This document shows, in pieces, positions 48,831 through 57,363 of a stretch of DNA of 64,000 bases. Numbering within the stretch: the first letter of the stretch is position 1; each line of letters opens with the position of its first letter. The stretch covers positions 96,001 through 160,000 of the IMG/VR virus record IMGVR_UViG_3300042520_001767; one strand, 5' to 3'. The notes beneath the pieces are model-generated. The model did no database searches and had not been told where the DNA came from. It saw only the letters and a list, made by a program, of their open reading frames with translations. The DNA is from a virus. The position numbers and the translations under genes were made by a program.

Positions 48831-50264
48831 ATGAAAATAAAATATAAAAAAAATGGTAATTTTGAAATAGAGTTTACTGATTATTTCAAAACTATTGATG
48901 ATTTAAAAGAATTTATTAAAAAAAATAATAAGTTTGTTAATGTTGAAAACATAGAATTAAAAATAATAAATGTATATAACGAATTAGCTAATTTAGATGT
49001 TAGTATTAAATCTAGTATTTTAGGTTGGACAGTTATTAAACAATTTAAATTTAAATATGTTAGACCAAACAATATTAATTTCTGGTTAGAAAGGGGTTAT
49101 GGTATTGATGAATTTAATCAATATAATAATTCATTAATTAATGAATTATGCGATATAAATAACAATAAATTCAAATTTAATAATTTTAAATTTGAAATGA
49201 TTGGTATACCTAAATGTAAACTTTGTGGGTCTAATTTAAAAATAGAACCATCTATTGGTCGTTATAATATTATTTGTTGTTTGAACAGTGAGTGTGATAC
49301 TAATAAACATAAAGAAATTGAATCAATTAGTCATTTAAGTTTTTTACCTATTGATATGTTTTTGAATAAAAATAAACGAATAAATATAACTAGCAAAATT
49401 AATAAAGAATATTGGTTATTGAATGGTTATACATATCTTGATTCAATCAATAAAGTTAAGGAAATAAAGAATAATTTAAAATTAGTAAATGTTAATAGTT
49501 TTGAGTATTACAAAACAACAACAGATAAAACAGATGATGAGATAAGAAAAACAATCAAAGAGATGTCATCATTATGTGTTGAATATTGGTTAGAAAAAGA
49601 TATAACATTAGAAGAGGCTAAAAATAAAATATCTAACTTACAAAAAATAAATTCAAATAAAATAATCAAAAAAAGAAAAGAAAATCCAGAACAATATTCA
49701 GCAACAACTCAAACACAAATTGGTTATTGGTTGAATAAGGGTTTTAGTGAAGAAGAAAGTAAAATAAAATTATCTGAAAGACAAACAACTTTTAGTCTTG
49801 AAAAATGTATTCAAAAATATGGTGAAACAAATGGTTTAAAAAGATTTAATGAAAGACAAAAAAAATGGTTATTGAACAATAAAAGAAACAATTTCTCTAA
49901 AATATCACAAGATTTATTTTGGGATATTTTAGAATCGGATAAATCAATAAGTGATAATGAGATATATTTTGCGACATATAATAATGGTGAAAAAAACAAT
50001 AGTGGGAAAAATCATGAATATCGATTAGACGTAATTGAAAGTTATATACTACCAGATTTTTTTGATAAAACAACTGGGAGAATAATCGAATTTGATGGAA
50101 CTTATTATCATAGGTTAACTCCAGAAAATTCATTAAGAGAGGAAAAAAGAGATAAAATGATAATTAAATCTGGTTATGAAGTGTTACATATTAGTGAATT
50201 AGATTATAAAAATAATAAACAAGAAATAATAGACAAATGTGTTGCGTTTCTAAATAAAAAATAA
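48831..50264 (+). CDS. free-standing Vsr/DUF559-like putative homing endonuclease
   Basis: C-terminal PDFFDK...IIEFDGTYYH...KRD...GYEVLHISE; four (F/Y)WLxxG-like repeats; CKLCG..C..C zinc-binding motif. Confidence 0.75.
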   Translation: MKIKYKKNGNFEIEFTDYFKTIDDLKEFIKKNNKFVNVENIELKIINVYNELANLDVSIKSSILGWTVIKQFKFKYVRPNNINFWLERGYGIDEFNQYNNSLINELCDINNNKFKFNNFKFEMIGIPKCKLCGSNLKIEPSIGRYNIICCLNSECDTNKHKEIESISHLSFLPIDMFLNKNKRINITSKINKEYWLLNGYTYLDSINKVKEIKNNLKLVNVNSFEYYKTTTDKTDDEIRKTIKEMSSLCVEYWLEKDITLEEAKNKISNLQKINSNKIIKKRKENPEQYSATTQTQIGYWLNKGFSEEESKIKLSERQTTFSLEKCIQKYGETNGLKRFNERQKKWLLNNKRNNFSKISQDLFWDILESDKSISDNEIYFATYNNGEKNNSGKNHEYRLDVIESYILPDFFDKTTGRIIEFDGTYYHRLTPENSLREEKRDKMIIKSGYEVLHISELDYKNNKQEIIDKCVAFLNKK

Positions 50265-50295
50265 TAACTTTACAAAAATAAAAATAAAAATAAAT

Positions 50296-50700
50296 ATGAT
50301 TAACGAATTTAAAAAAATAACAAAATCATTTGATATGAGTGATTTTAGTATCTTAACTGATACTGGTTTTGAAAAATTAGAAAAATTACATGAAACAATT
50401 CCATATGATGTATATCATCTTAAATTGGCTGATGGTAAAGAATTAAAATGTGCTGATAATCATATCGTATTTATTCAAGAATATGATGAATCAACAATGG
50501 AACCAATCTTTTTAAAAGAAATTTTTGTTAAAGATTTACCTAAACATTCATTTATTATGGTGTCTGATGATAATGGTAATTTAAGTGAATCTGAAGTTGT
50601 TGAAATAACCAATTTAGGTTATGAAGAAATCATGTATGATTTTGAATTAACTGAATCATCAAATAGACGTTATTTCACAAACGGAATTTTATCACATAAT
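50296..50700 (+). mobile_element. split intein C-fragment (135 aa)
   Basis: ILTDTGF, block B KCADNH, block F MYDFEL and block G YFTNGILSHN, followed by the +1 Thr. Confidence 0.88.
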
Positions 50701-52506
50701 ACATCTATCGTTGAAGGTTTGGCTCAAATAATACACGAAGGTAACGCACCTAGAACACTTATTGGTAAACGTATCTATGCGTTAGACTTATCTAGCATTG
50801 TTGCTGGTACAAAATACCGTGGACAATTTGAAGAAAGAATGAAAGCAATTCTAGAAGAATGTAAAGCTAACCCAGATATCGTATTATTTATCGATGAATT
50901 ACATACAATCATTGGTGCTGGTAACGCTTCTGGTTCTCTGGATGCTGCAAACATCTTCAAACCAGCATTGGCTCGTGGAGAACTTCAAGTAATTGGTGCA
51001 ACAACACTTGATGAATACAGAGAAAATATTGAAAAAGATGGTGCTCTAGTTAGACGTTTTCAACAAGTGCTTATTGAAGAACCAACATTAGACGAAACAA
51101 AAATTATTCTTAATAATATCAAAGAAAAATACGAGAAACATCATAGAGTTAAATATACTGACGAAGCTATTGAAGAATGTGTTAAATTATCAGCTAGATA
51201 TATAATGGATAGAAGTATGCCAGATAAAGCTATTGATGTTTTAGATGAAGCTGGTGCAACAACTAATATTAGTGTTGAAAAACCAGATAATATCAAAGAA
51301 TTAGAGAATAAAAGAACTGAAATTAATGAAAAGAAAAAAGAAGTAGTTGTTAAACAGAAATACGAAGAAGCAGCAAAGCTTCGTGATGAAGAGAAAAAGG
51401 TTACAATTGAGTTAGAAAAAGCGATGACTGATTGGCAATCTAAATTAGATAATAACGTTACTACCGTAGGTGTTGAAATAATTTCAGAGGTTGTATCTAT
51501 GATGACTGGAATCCCTCTAACGAAAATATCTACTCAAGAGACAAAAAGACTTATGAGTTTGGATAAAGAACTCATGGGTAAAGTTATTGGACAAGACGAT
51601 GCAGTTGCCAAGGTTGTAAAAGCAATAAAACGTAATCGTATTGGAATCAAAGATAAAAATAAACCTGTAGGTAGCTTTATTTTCCTAGGTCAAACAGGTG
51701 TGGGTAAAACGCTGTTAGCCAAGCTTTTAGCTGAACAAGTATATGGAGATTCTGATTCATTAGTAAGAATGGACATGTCTGAATATATGGAGAAACATTC
51801 TGTATCAAGACTTATTGGTCCACCTCCTGGGTATGTTGGGTATGACCAAGGTGGTCAATTAACTGAGAAAGTTAGACGTAAACCACATTGTGTTATTTTA
51901 TTTGATGAGATTGAAAAAGCACATGACGATGTATTTAACTTGTTATTACAGTTATTAGATGAAGGTATGCTTACAGATGGTCTGGGTCGTAAAGTTAATT
52001 TCAAAAACACTCTTATCATTCTAACATCAAATATTGGTGTTAGAGAAGTTAACACTTTTGGTAAAACTATGGGTTTCGAAACAGCTGAAAGTATTGTAAA
52101 TGAAGAAAACAGAGCTCGTTCAATTATTGAAAAAGCTTTGAAGAAAAAATTCAAACCAGAATTCCTAAACCGTATTGATGAAGCAATTGTATTTAGAAGT
52201 TTAACTGAAGAAGATATACATAAAATCATCTATTTAGAAATTGAAAGCTTACAAAAACGTGTAATTGAAATGGGGTATAACCTAACAGTAACAAAAGAAG
52301 CTATTGAATTTTTAGGTAAACAAGGTTATGATGAAGCTTATGGTGCTAGACCACTAGCCAGAGCTATCCAACATTATGTTGAAGATAAAGTAGCTGATGA
52401 GATACTAAACGAAAACATAAAAGAAGGTGAAACGATAGAAGTTTCATTCGATACTAAAAACGAAGAATTGGTTATTAAACCAATTAAAACTAAAAAAATT
52501 AAATAA
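50296..52506 (+). CDS. clpC: split intein IntC fused to the ClpC/ClpB C-terminal fragment
   Basis: After SHN: TSIVEG, GTKYRGQFEER, LFIDELH, KPALARG, PDKAIDVLDEAG, second Walker A GQTGVGKT, GYVGY, LFDEIEKAH and GARPLAR. Confidence 0.92.
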   Translation: MINEFKKITKSFDMSDFSILTDTGFEKLEKLHETIPYDVYHLKLADGKELKCADNHIVFIQEYDESTMEPIFLKEIFVKDLPKHSFIMVSDDNGNLSESEVVEITNLGYEEIMYDFELTESSNRRYFTNGILSHNTSIVEGLAQIIHEGNAPRTLIGKRIYALDLSSIVAGTKYRGQFEERMKAILEECKANPDIVLFIDELHTIIGAGNASGSLDAANIFKPALARGELQVIGATTLDEYRENIEKDGALVRRFQQVLIEEPTLDETKIILNNIKEKYEKHHRVKYTDEAIEECVKLSARYIMDRSMPDKAIDVLDEAGATTNISVEKPDNIKELENKRTEINEKKKEVVVKQKYEEAAKLRDEEKKVTIELEKAMTDWQSKLDNNVTTVGVEIISEVVSMMTGIPLTKISTQETKRLMSLDKELMGKVIGQDDAVAKVVKAIKRNRIGIKDKNKPVGSFIFLGQTGVGKTLLAKLLAEQVYGDSDSLVRMDMSEYMEKHSVSRLIGPPPGYVGYDQGGQLTEKVRRKPHCVILFDEIEKAHDDVFNLLLQLLDEGMLTDGLGRKVNFKNTLIILTSNIGVREVNTFGKTMGFETAESIVNEENRARSIIEKALKKKFKPEFLNRIDEAIVFRSLTEEDIHKIIYLEIESLQKRVIEMGYNLTVTKEAIEFLGKQGYDEAYGARPLARAIQHYVEDKVADEILNENIKEGETIEVSFDTKNEELVIKPIKTKKIK

Positions 52507-52508
52507 AT

Positions 52509-52540
52509 AAAAAATCCCACAATTTTTGTGGGATTTTTTT
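52509..52540. terminator. rho-independent terminator after clpC
   Basis: AAAAAATCCCACAA-TTT-TTGTGGGATTTTTT. Confidence 0.75.
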
Positions 52541-52553
52541 ATATTTATAATAT

Positions 52554-53447
52554 ATGATAAAGAAACAATTATTAGAAAAATATGGTGAATATTTGGACCA
52601 ATTAGATATTAGTGAAAATAAAACTAGTATAAAATTATCTATGATTAAAGTTAAACAAGAATATAGGTACAATAAAAATAATTATGGTAATAACCTTAAA
52701 ATAGGTTCTAAAATTATGTTTGATTTAATCAATTATGCTGATGATAATAAACAAATAGTTACTTTAACACCAGATAATGTAGATGGTGTTGGTGTAAATA
52801 CATTAATACAATTTTATAAAAAATTTGGTTTTAAAATGAATAAAGGTTATAATAAAAATTTTGAATATAGTGATACAATGATTCGCTACCCAAAATTACA
52901 AGGCATGCGTGAAAATATGAAAATAAGAATAAAATCACTTCTTAGGGAAGCGTTAGATAAAACAATTACATGTAATAAATGTGGTTGGAAATGGAAACTT
53001 AAAGATGGTGGCGATGACCCTTACGTTTGTCATAAATGTCACCCTGAGAATATAACAAAAGAATCGATTAATGAGGCTTTACTAACTAGGGATAAAAAAC
53101 ACATTAAATCTGTTGCTGATTTTGTAAATTTTGCAAAAGAAAATTTAGGTATTGATGATGATATTAAAGTTGAATTGGCTTTTGAAAGAACCTCAGACTT
53201 AAAAACAACAGCTTATTATGACGCTGCTAATAACAAAGTAAAGGTTTATGTTAAAAATAGAGCTATTGTTGATATAATCAGAAGTTTGGCGCACGAACTT
53301 GTCCATCACAAACAAAATATAGAAGGGAGAATAACAAACACAGAAATCGATGGAGCTGATGGTAGCGATATAGAAAACGAAGCGAATGCAGTTGCGGGTA
53401 TACTAATAAGAAAATGGGGTAGACTCCACACAGAAATATATGATTAA
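52554..53447 (+). CDS. modular protein: GNAT-like + zinc ribbon + HExxH metallopeptidase
   Basis: TLIQFYKKFGF (GNAT C-terminal motif), internal MKIRIKSLLRE, CNKCG...CHKC and RSLAHELVHHKQ. Confidence 0.6.
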   Translation: MIKKQLLEKYGEYLDQLDISENKTSIKLSMIKVKQEYRYNKNNYGNNLKIGSKIMFDLINYADDNKQIVTLTPDNVDGVGVNTLIQFYKKFGFKMNKGYNKNFEYSDTMIRYPKLQGMRENMKIRIKSLLREALDKTITCNKCGWKWKLKDGGDDPYVCHKCHPENITKESINEALLTRDKKHIKSVADFVNFAKENLGIDDDIKVELAFERTSDLKTTAYYDAANNKVKVYVKNRAIVDIIRSLAHELVHHKQNIEGRITNTEIDGADGSDIENEANAVAGILIRKWGRLHTEIYD

Positions 53448-53751
53448 TATGAAAAATAACTTAAAAGGTGGAAAAGCAGATGAAATGACACCTAAAAAAA
53501 TTTCGGATAAATTCGATGTTTCAGTGAAAGATGTCAATAAACAAATTGAAAAAGGAAAGAAAGTTGAATCAGAACATACTGATGATGAAGAAAAACAATT
53601 AGAAATTGCCTCTGACCATTTAACTGAATTTCCAGATTATTATGATAGAATAGAAAAAATGGAAAAAGAAGCCAAAAAACACTGGGCTAATAAAAAAATA
53701 ACAAACGAAAGTAAAAAATTTATTAAAAAATTACTTAGAGAAAACTTATAA
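53440..53751 (+). CDS. DUF5661-like protein
   Basis: GKKVESEHTDD...IASDHLTEFPDYYDRI; ends KKFIKKLLRENL. Confidence 0.6.
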   Translation: MINMKNNLKGGKADEMTPKKISDKFDVSVKDVNKQIEKGKKVESEHTDDEEKQLEIASDHLTEFPDYYDRIEKMEKEAKKHWANKKITNESKKFIKKLLRENL

Positions 53752-53779
53752 AAAAAGGACCTATTTTTGGTCCTTTTTT
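53751..53779. terminator. bidirectional terminator between convergent genes
   Basis: AAAAAAGGACC-7 nt-GGTCCTTTTTT. Confidence 0.75.
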
Positions 53780-54255
53780 ATTTCACCTATAAACTCATAA
53801 CTCCCACATAATCTTTTATTGTCATAAATATGATTTTTGTATGTATTTTTTTCATTAACATCATACCTATTTTTTTTATGTTTACTAGTATGTTTCCATA
53901 ATGGTGATTTATCTCTGTAATTAATTAATCTAGGGTGACTAGTTCTAGAGAAAAATCTATGGTCTTGGTTAATATGTATTTGTGCAATTGCGTCAGAAAA
54001 CCTTACTCCCAACCCCATTCCTTGATAATCTGGAAGTATACAAATACGATGACCACGCCACGCATTTTTAAGCGTACCACTAGGCATTGTTATAGCGGCA
54101 CCAAATGCAACCACATTACCTTCCCATACCCCAATATAACATCTGGAAGCTTTGTTTATATTTCCATCTAAATAGTGATGGTCTTTAAACATTCCCCAAC
54201 TATCATAGTTTGTGCGATATATGTCAATTTTGATTTCTGGTCGGGCAAAAAAAAA
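53761..54255 (-). CDS. GNAT acetyltransferase domain, -1 frame continuation of the ABC ATPase
   Basis: The frame is open from the T9 run: FFFARPEIKIDIYRTNYDSWGMFKDHHYL...RICILPDYQGMGLG. Confidence 0.7.
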   Translation of the reverse strand, partial: FFFARPEIKIDIYRTNYDSWGMFKDHHYLDGNINKASRCYIGVWEGNVVAFGAAITMPSGTLKNAWRGHRICILPDYQGMGLGVRFSDAIAQIHINQDHRFFSRTSHPRLINYRDKSPLWKHTSKHKKNRYDVNEKNTYKNHIYDNKRLCGSYEFIGEIKKDQK

Positions 54256-54857
54256 CCGTCCAAGAATTCTCCCGTATCAGTATTTATAACCCAATCTGGT
54301 TCTAACCATTCTAAAATGTCACTATGACATGTAGATATGACAATATTTTTTAAATCATTATTATTTATGTACCTAGCTAAAGCCATAGAAGCCGATTTAG
54401 CGACAATTCTATCAACGACTGAGGTATACTCATCTATCACCACATTTGATTTAATCTTACGAGCTAAATCAGCTCTAAATTTCTCACCGTTGGATAATAC
54501 ATGATAAGGTTTATACCATGATGGTATAGAATTGAAACCAACTGAACTTAATCTGTTAATCCCATCTTCTGGATTATCAAAATGTGATATTACTGATTTA
54601 TTTGAATTCCATTCTGGTTGTTCTTCAATACCAAATTGTTTAAGTATTGTAGATTTACCACTACCAGAACTACCGACAATTACACCAATTTTAAAATCTT
54701 TAGGTAATTTAGTGGGTAAAGCCCATGGATAAAATGTTGACGTTCCATCGAATATACAATCGAATGCTGTTTCACTTGCTTCTATAAATTCATCACGCTC
54801 AACTGACGAGGTTAAAGGTTTTTTTTCTCTTTGTAATTTTTCTATAATTTTTCCCAT
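54168..54857 (-). CDS. soluble ABC-type ATPase
   Basis: GSSGSGKS, LSNGE, VVIDE and STCH; ATG at 54857 (MGKIIEK) follows the TATTTATA motif. Confidence 0.85.
   Translation of the reverse strand: MGKIIEKLQREKKPLTSSVERDEFIEASETAFDCIFDGTSTFYPWALPTKLPKDFKIGVIVGSSGSGKSTILKQFGIEEQPEWNSNKSVISHFDNPEDGINRLSSVGFNSIPSWYKPYHVLSNGEKFRADLARKIKSNVVIDEYTSVVDRIVAKSASMALARYINNNDLKNIVISTCHSDILEWLEPDWVINTDTGEFLDGFFLPDQKSKLTYIAQTMIVGECLKTITI
54247..54255 (-). other. candidate -1 frameshift site (U9)
   Basis: GGT TTT TTT TTG on the coding strand, an X XXY YYZ heptamer; the -1 frame has a TGA a few codons upstream. Confidence 0.6.
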
Positions 54858-54894
54858 CTGATATTTATTATAAATATCAGAAAAAAAACAAAAA

Positions 54895-54934
54895 AAAAAG
54901 TTAGGTTGATAAAATTTTATCAACCTAACTTTTT
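54895..54934. terminator. 40-bp perfect palindrome, probable terminator
   Basis: AAAAAGTTAGGTTGATAAAA|TTTTATCAACCTAACTTTTT. Confidence 0.6.
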
Positions 54935-54955
54935 AATATCTTTAAGATAAAAATA

Positions 54956-55174
54956 TTATTTTTTACCTTCAGTTAATGTTTTGAATTTAGCCTCTAACGC
55001 AGCAATTTTACCTTCTAAAACAGATGTTTTATTAGTTTGTTTTTTTGCTTGTTCATTAAGCCATTCTTGTTTTTTAACCGCAACAGCTTCATTTACAATG
55101 TTATCGATTAAATCTACTAAGTCAGATTCTTTAATTTTAACTGTTTTTTTTGCAACTGGTTTCATGTTTGACAT
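54956..55174 (-). CDS. small protein with KIKESDL..LIDNIVNEA leader-type motif
   Basis: 72-aa coiled-coil ORF preceded by the TATTTATA motif. Confidence 0.55.
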   Translation of the reverse strand: MSNMKPVAKKTVKIKESDLVDLIDNIVNEAVAVKKQEWLNEQAKKQTNKTSVLEGKIAALEAKFKTLTEGKK

Positions 55175-55245
55175 ATTTTTAAATTTTATATAAAAGCTTA
55201 TTTATATATAAATATAGAATAAAATAGAAAAAGTTTATATGTTTA

Positions 55246-55410
55246 TTATTTTTTTGTTGTTTCCACTTTAATTACGTCAAATAAATGTAATAATGTATAC
55301 CTATCAAAGTTTTTTTTAAAACAAAAAATGTTAATTGCGTCTTCAAAACTATTAGCTGAAATAGTTGTTATCGGTTCCCCCGATTTGTTTAATAATGAAA
55401 ATTTACTCAT
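55246..55410 (-). CDS. small hypothetical protein (not in the ORF track)
   Basis: MSKFSLLNKSGEPITT...KVETTKK, 54 aa. Confidence 0.4.
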   Translation of the reverse strand: MSKFSLLNKSGEPITTISANSFEDAINIFCFKKNFDRYTLLHLFDVIKVETTKK

Positions 55411-55437
55411 GGTTGATTATTATTTAAATTTGTTATT

Positions 55438-56844
55438 TTATATAAAAGTACTCGGTAATAATTGTTTTAATTTTTTATAGTTTTCAATACCTATATCCTC
55501 TTCTTTAATAGCGATTCTATCTAAAGAACCACCGTTTGATTTATCCAAATAAGTGATATCATTAGGTATATCCTTAATTGGGTTACCAATAAGATTCAAA
55601 AACTTTAAGTTTTTTAGTAACCCAATCTCTTTTGGTAAAGAGATAATGTCATTTTCAGGTAATGATACCATCTCAAGATTAGTTAACTTACCAATTGAAG
55701 GGTGAATTTCAGCCATTTTAGCTTTACAAATAATTAGTTGGTCTAGTTTACTAAACTTACTAATATCTGGCATTTTTGGTATTTCTCGCTTCATAAATAT
55801 TATTGTTGGTGTTTCCTCATCTATCAAATCAAATAAGCTATCGGTAAAACCAAATTTAATTAAATAATCTAGATATTTGTTGTTATCTAAACCTTTTTTA
55901 TTTTCTTTAGCCATACCAATTAATTCCTCATAAAAAAAATTGCTGATACCCTCACTTTTAGATAATACCTCATCAATAATGTTAACATTATTACCGTTTT
56001 GTTTATTCTTTAATTGGTTTGTCTCAAAGTGAATCTGATATAACTCTTGTGTTTCACCTAAAAATAATTTATTTGGTATTATTATATAAATATCAGATTT
56101 TTTTCCGTTTGGTTTTCTATTATCAGTATAACTTTTAAACATACCGTTACCTTTTCTAGCTGTACACCAGTTAGCAAAGTTTTCGAAAATAACACTTGCT
56201 TCTGTTGTCTTAGGTATAAATAACGTAAAATTTCTATCCCTAACTGGTATTTCAGCTTGCCCAATATCAACAAATCTACGTAATGTTCTCTCCAAAGCAC
56301 TTGGTTCCTTTTCAATAAAAGGGTCAACCGAATCAAACAACTGAGATAAAGATTTGTATTGGTTGATATCTGTTGGGTCGGTTACGTCTTTTAAAATGTA
56401 ACTACCCTTACACAACTCTTTGAATTTTCTTTTTCTTTTATTATCTTCAAAAATAGTCAAGTATTTATTTGCTTGCGGTAAATCTTCAACCACTAATCTA
56501 GTTGCTATCTCAATACTATTTTCATCTTTGTTTTTTAATAAACGAACGAATAAGTTTAACATCCATTGAATATACATTTTATTATCACTTGGGTCAGCAG
56601 AAATAATATCAGAAAAAACACCAGAACAAATGCTAATCATTTGTAAAACACGTTCCTTTTCATTTACCTTTTCAGACAAAATAGCTAACACAACACCAGT
56701 ACCAGAGGTTATCACTTTTGGTGAATAACCATTCTCAACTAATGATGATAATTTACTGTCAACATTATTTTCACTATCACATTCAAATACATCGAATGTT
56801 TTAGCTAAAAATGTTAACCTATCTTTAATGTTTATTTTCCCCAT
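55438..56844 (-). CDS. leucine-rich-repeat protein with N-terminal WCT-motif domain
   Basis: LTNLEMVSLPENDIISLPKEIGLLKNLKFLNLIGNPIKDIP (LxxLxLxxNxLxxLP); ANWCTA...YQIHFE domain. Confidence 0.7.
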   Translation of the reverse strand: MGKINIKDRLTFLAKTFDVFECDSENNVDSKLSSLVENGYSPKVITSGTGVVLAILSEKVNEKERVLQMISICSGVFSDIISADPSDNKMYIQWMLNLFVRLLKNKDENSIEIATRLVVEDLPQANKYLTIFEDNKRKRKFKELCKGSYILKDVTDPTDINQYKSLSQLFDSVDPFIEKEPSALERTLRRFVDIGQAEIPVRDRNFTLFIPKTTEASVIFENFANWCTARKGNGMFKSYTDNRKPNGKKSDIYIIIPNKLFLGETQELYQIHFETNQLKNKQNGNNVNIIDEVLSKSEGISNFFYEELIGMAKENKKGLDNNKYLDYLIKFGFTDSLFDLIDEETPTIIFMKREIPKMPDISKFSKLDQLIICKAKMAEIHPSIGKLTNLEMVSLPENDIISLPKEIGLLKNLKFLNLIGNPIKDIPNDITYLDKSNGGSLDRIAIKEEDIGIENYKKLKQLLPSTFI

Positions 56845-56857
56845 ATTATTTTTGTTA

Positions 56858-56888
56858 CAAATATACTTAAAAAATAACAGTTTATCAA
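56858..56888 (-). promoter_or_regulatory. Bacteroidota housekeeping-sigma promoter
   Basis: TTG-N20-TATATTTG upstream of the LRR gene. Confidence 0.65.
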
Positions 56889-56891
56889 TGA

Positions 56892-57233
56892 CTAAATAAA
56901 AAATCTATCGAAAAAATCCTCATCAACATACTCTTCAATTCTTTTCTTTAAAAACAATACCAAACCGTCAAGATTATCGCTTTCTCGTTCAATTATATCC
57001 AACATAATATAATTTGGGTCTTCACCATCAGTTATCCTATATTTTATCTCTGTTATATAATCAATTTTAGAATCTTCAGTTAATTCTTCAACAACAAGGT
57101 TATACGTCTCCCATCTAGATTGTTTCTCTTCATCTAATGTTTCAATCACATTTATAATATGTTTATTATATGCTTTATCTAAAATTGTACGTTTATTATT
57201 CGTATGTTTGAATAATATATTTTTAGCTTCCAT
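56892..57233 (-). CDS. hypothetical protein, paralogue of 57364-57684
   Basis: Shared E(I/L)xY(R/K)(I/L)TDxxDPNxxxxxII motif. Confidence 0.55.
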   Translation of the reverse strand: MEAKNILFKHTNNKRTILDKAYNKHIINVIETLDEEKQSRWETYNLVVEELTEDSKIDYITEIKYRITDGEDPNYIMLDIIERESDNLDGLVLFLKKRIEEYVDEDFFDRFFI

Positions 57234-57363
57234 AGATATAAAATTTATTAAAGTTATCTAACTATAAATATCTGGTTTTCACCCAATATCTACTATTTTT
57301 GTTAACTTATTTTAACCATTTAAAATATTGATATTTAATAACTTACTTATAAAATATAGGTAT

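Noticed and set aside
48770-50295. Group I intron interrupting clpC
   Set aside because: The non-coding flanks of the nuclease ORF are only about 61 and 31 nt, too short for an intron core, and both clpC halves carry intein motifs.
47951-52506. clpC split as a sequencing artefact of one contiguous intein
   Set aside because: It would need at least two independent frameshifts. Each ORF has its own stop, ATG and A-rich leader, and the middle one has its own promoter motif.
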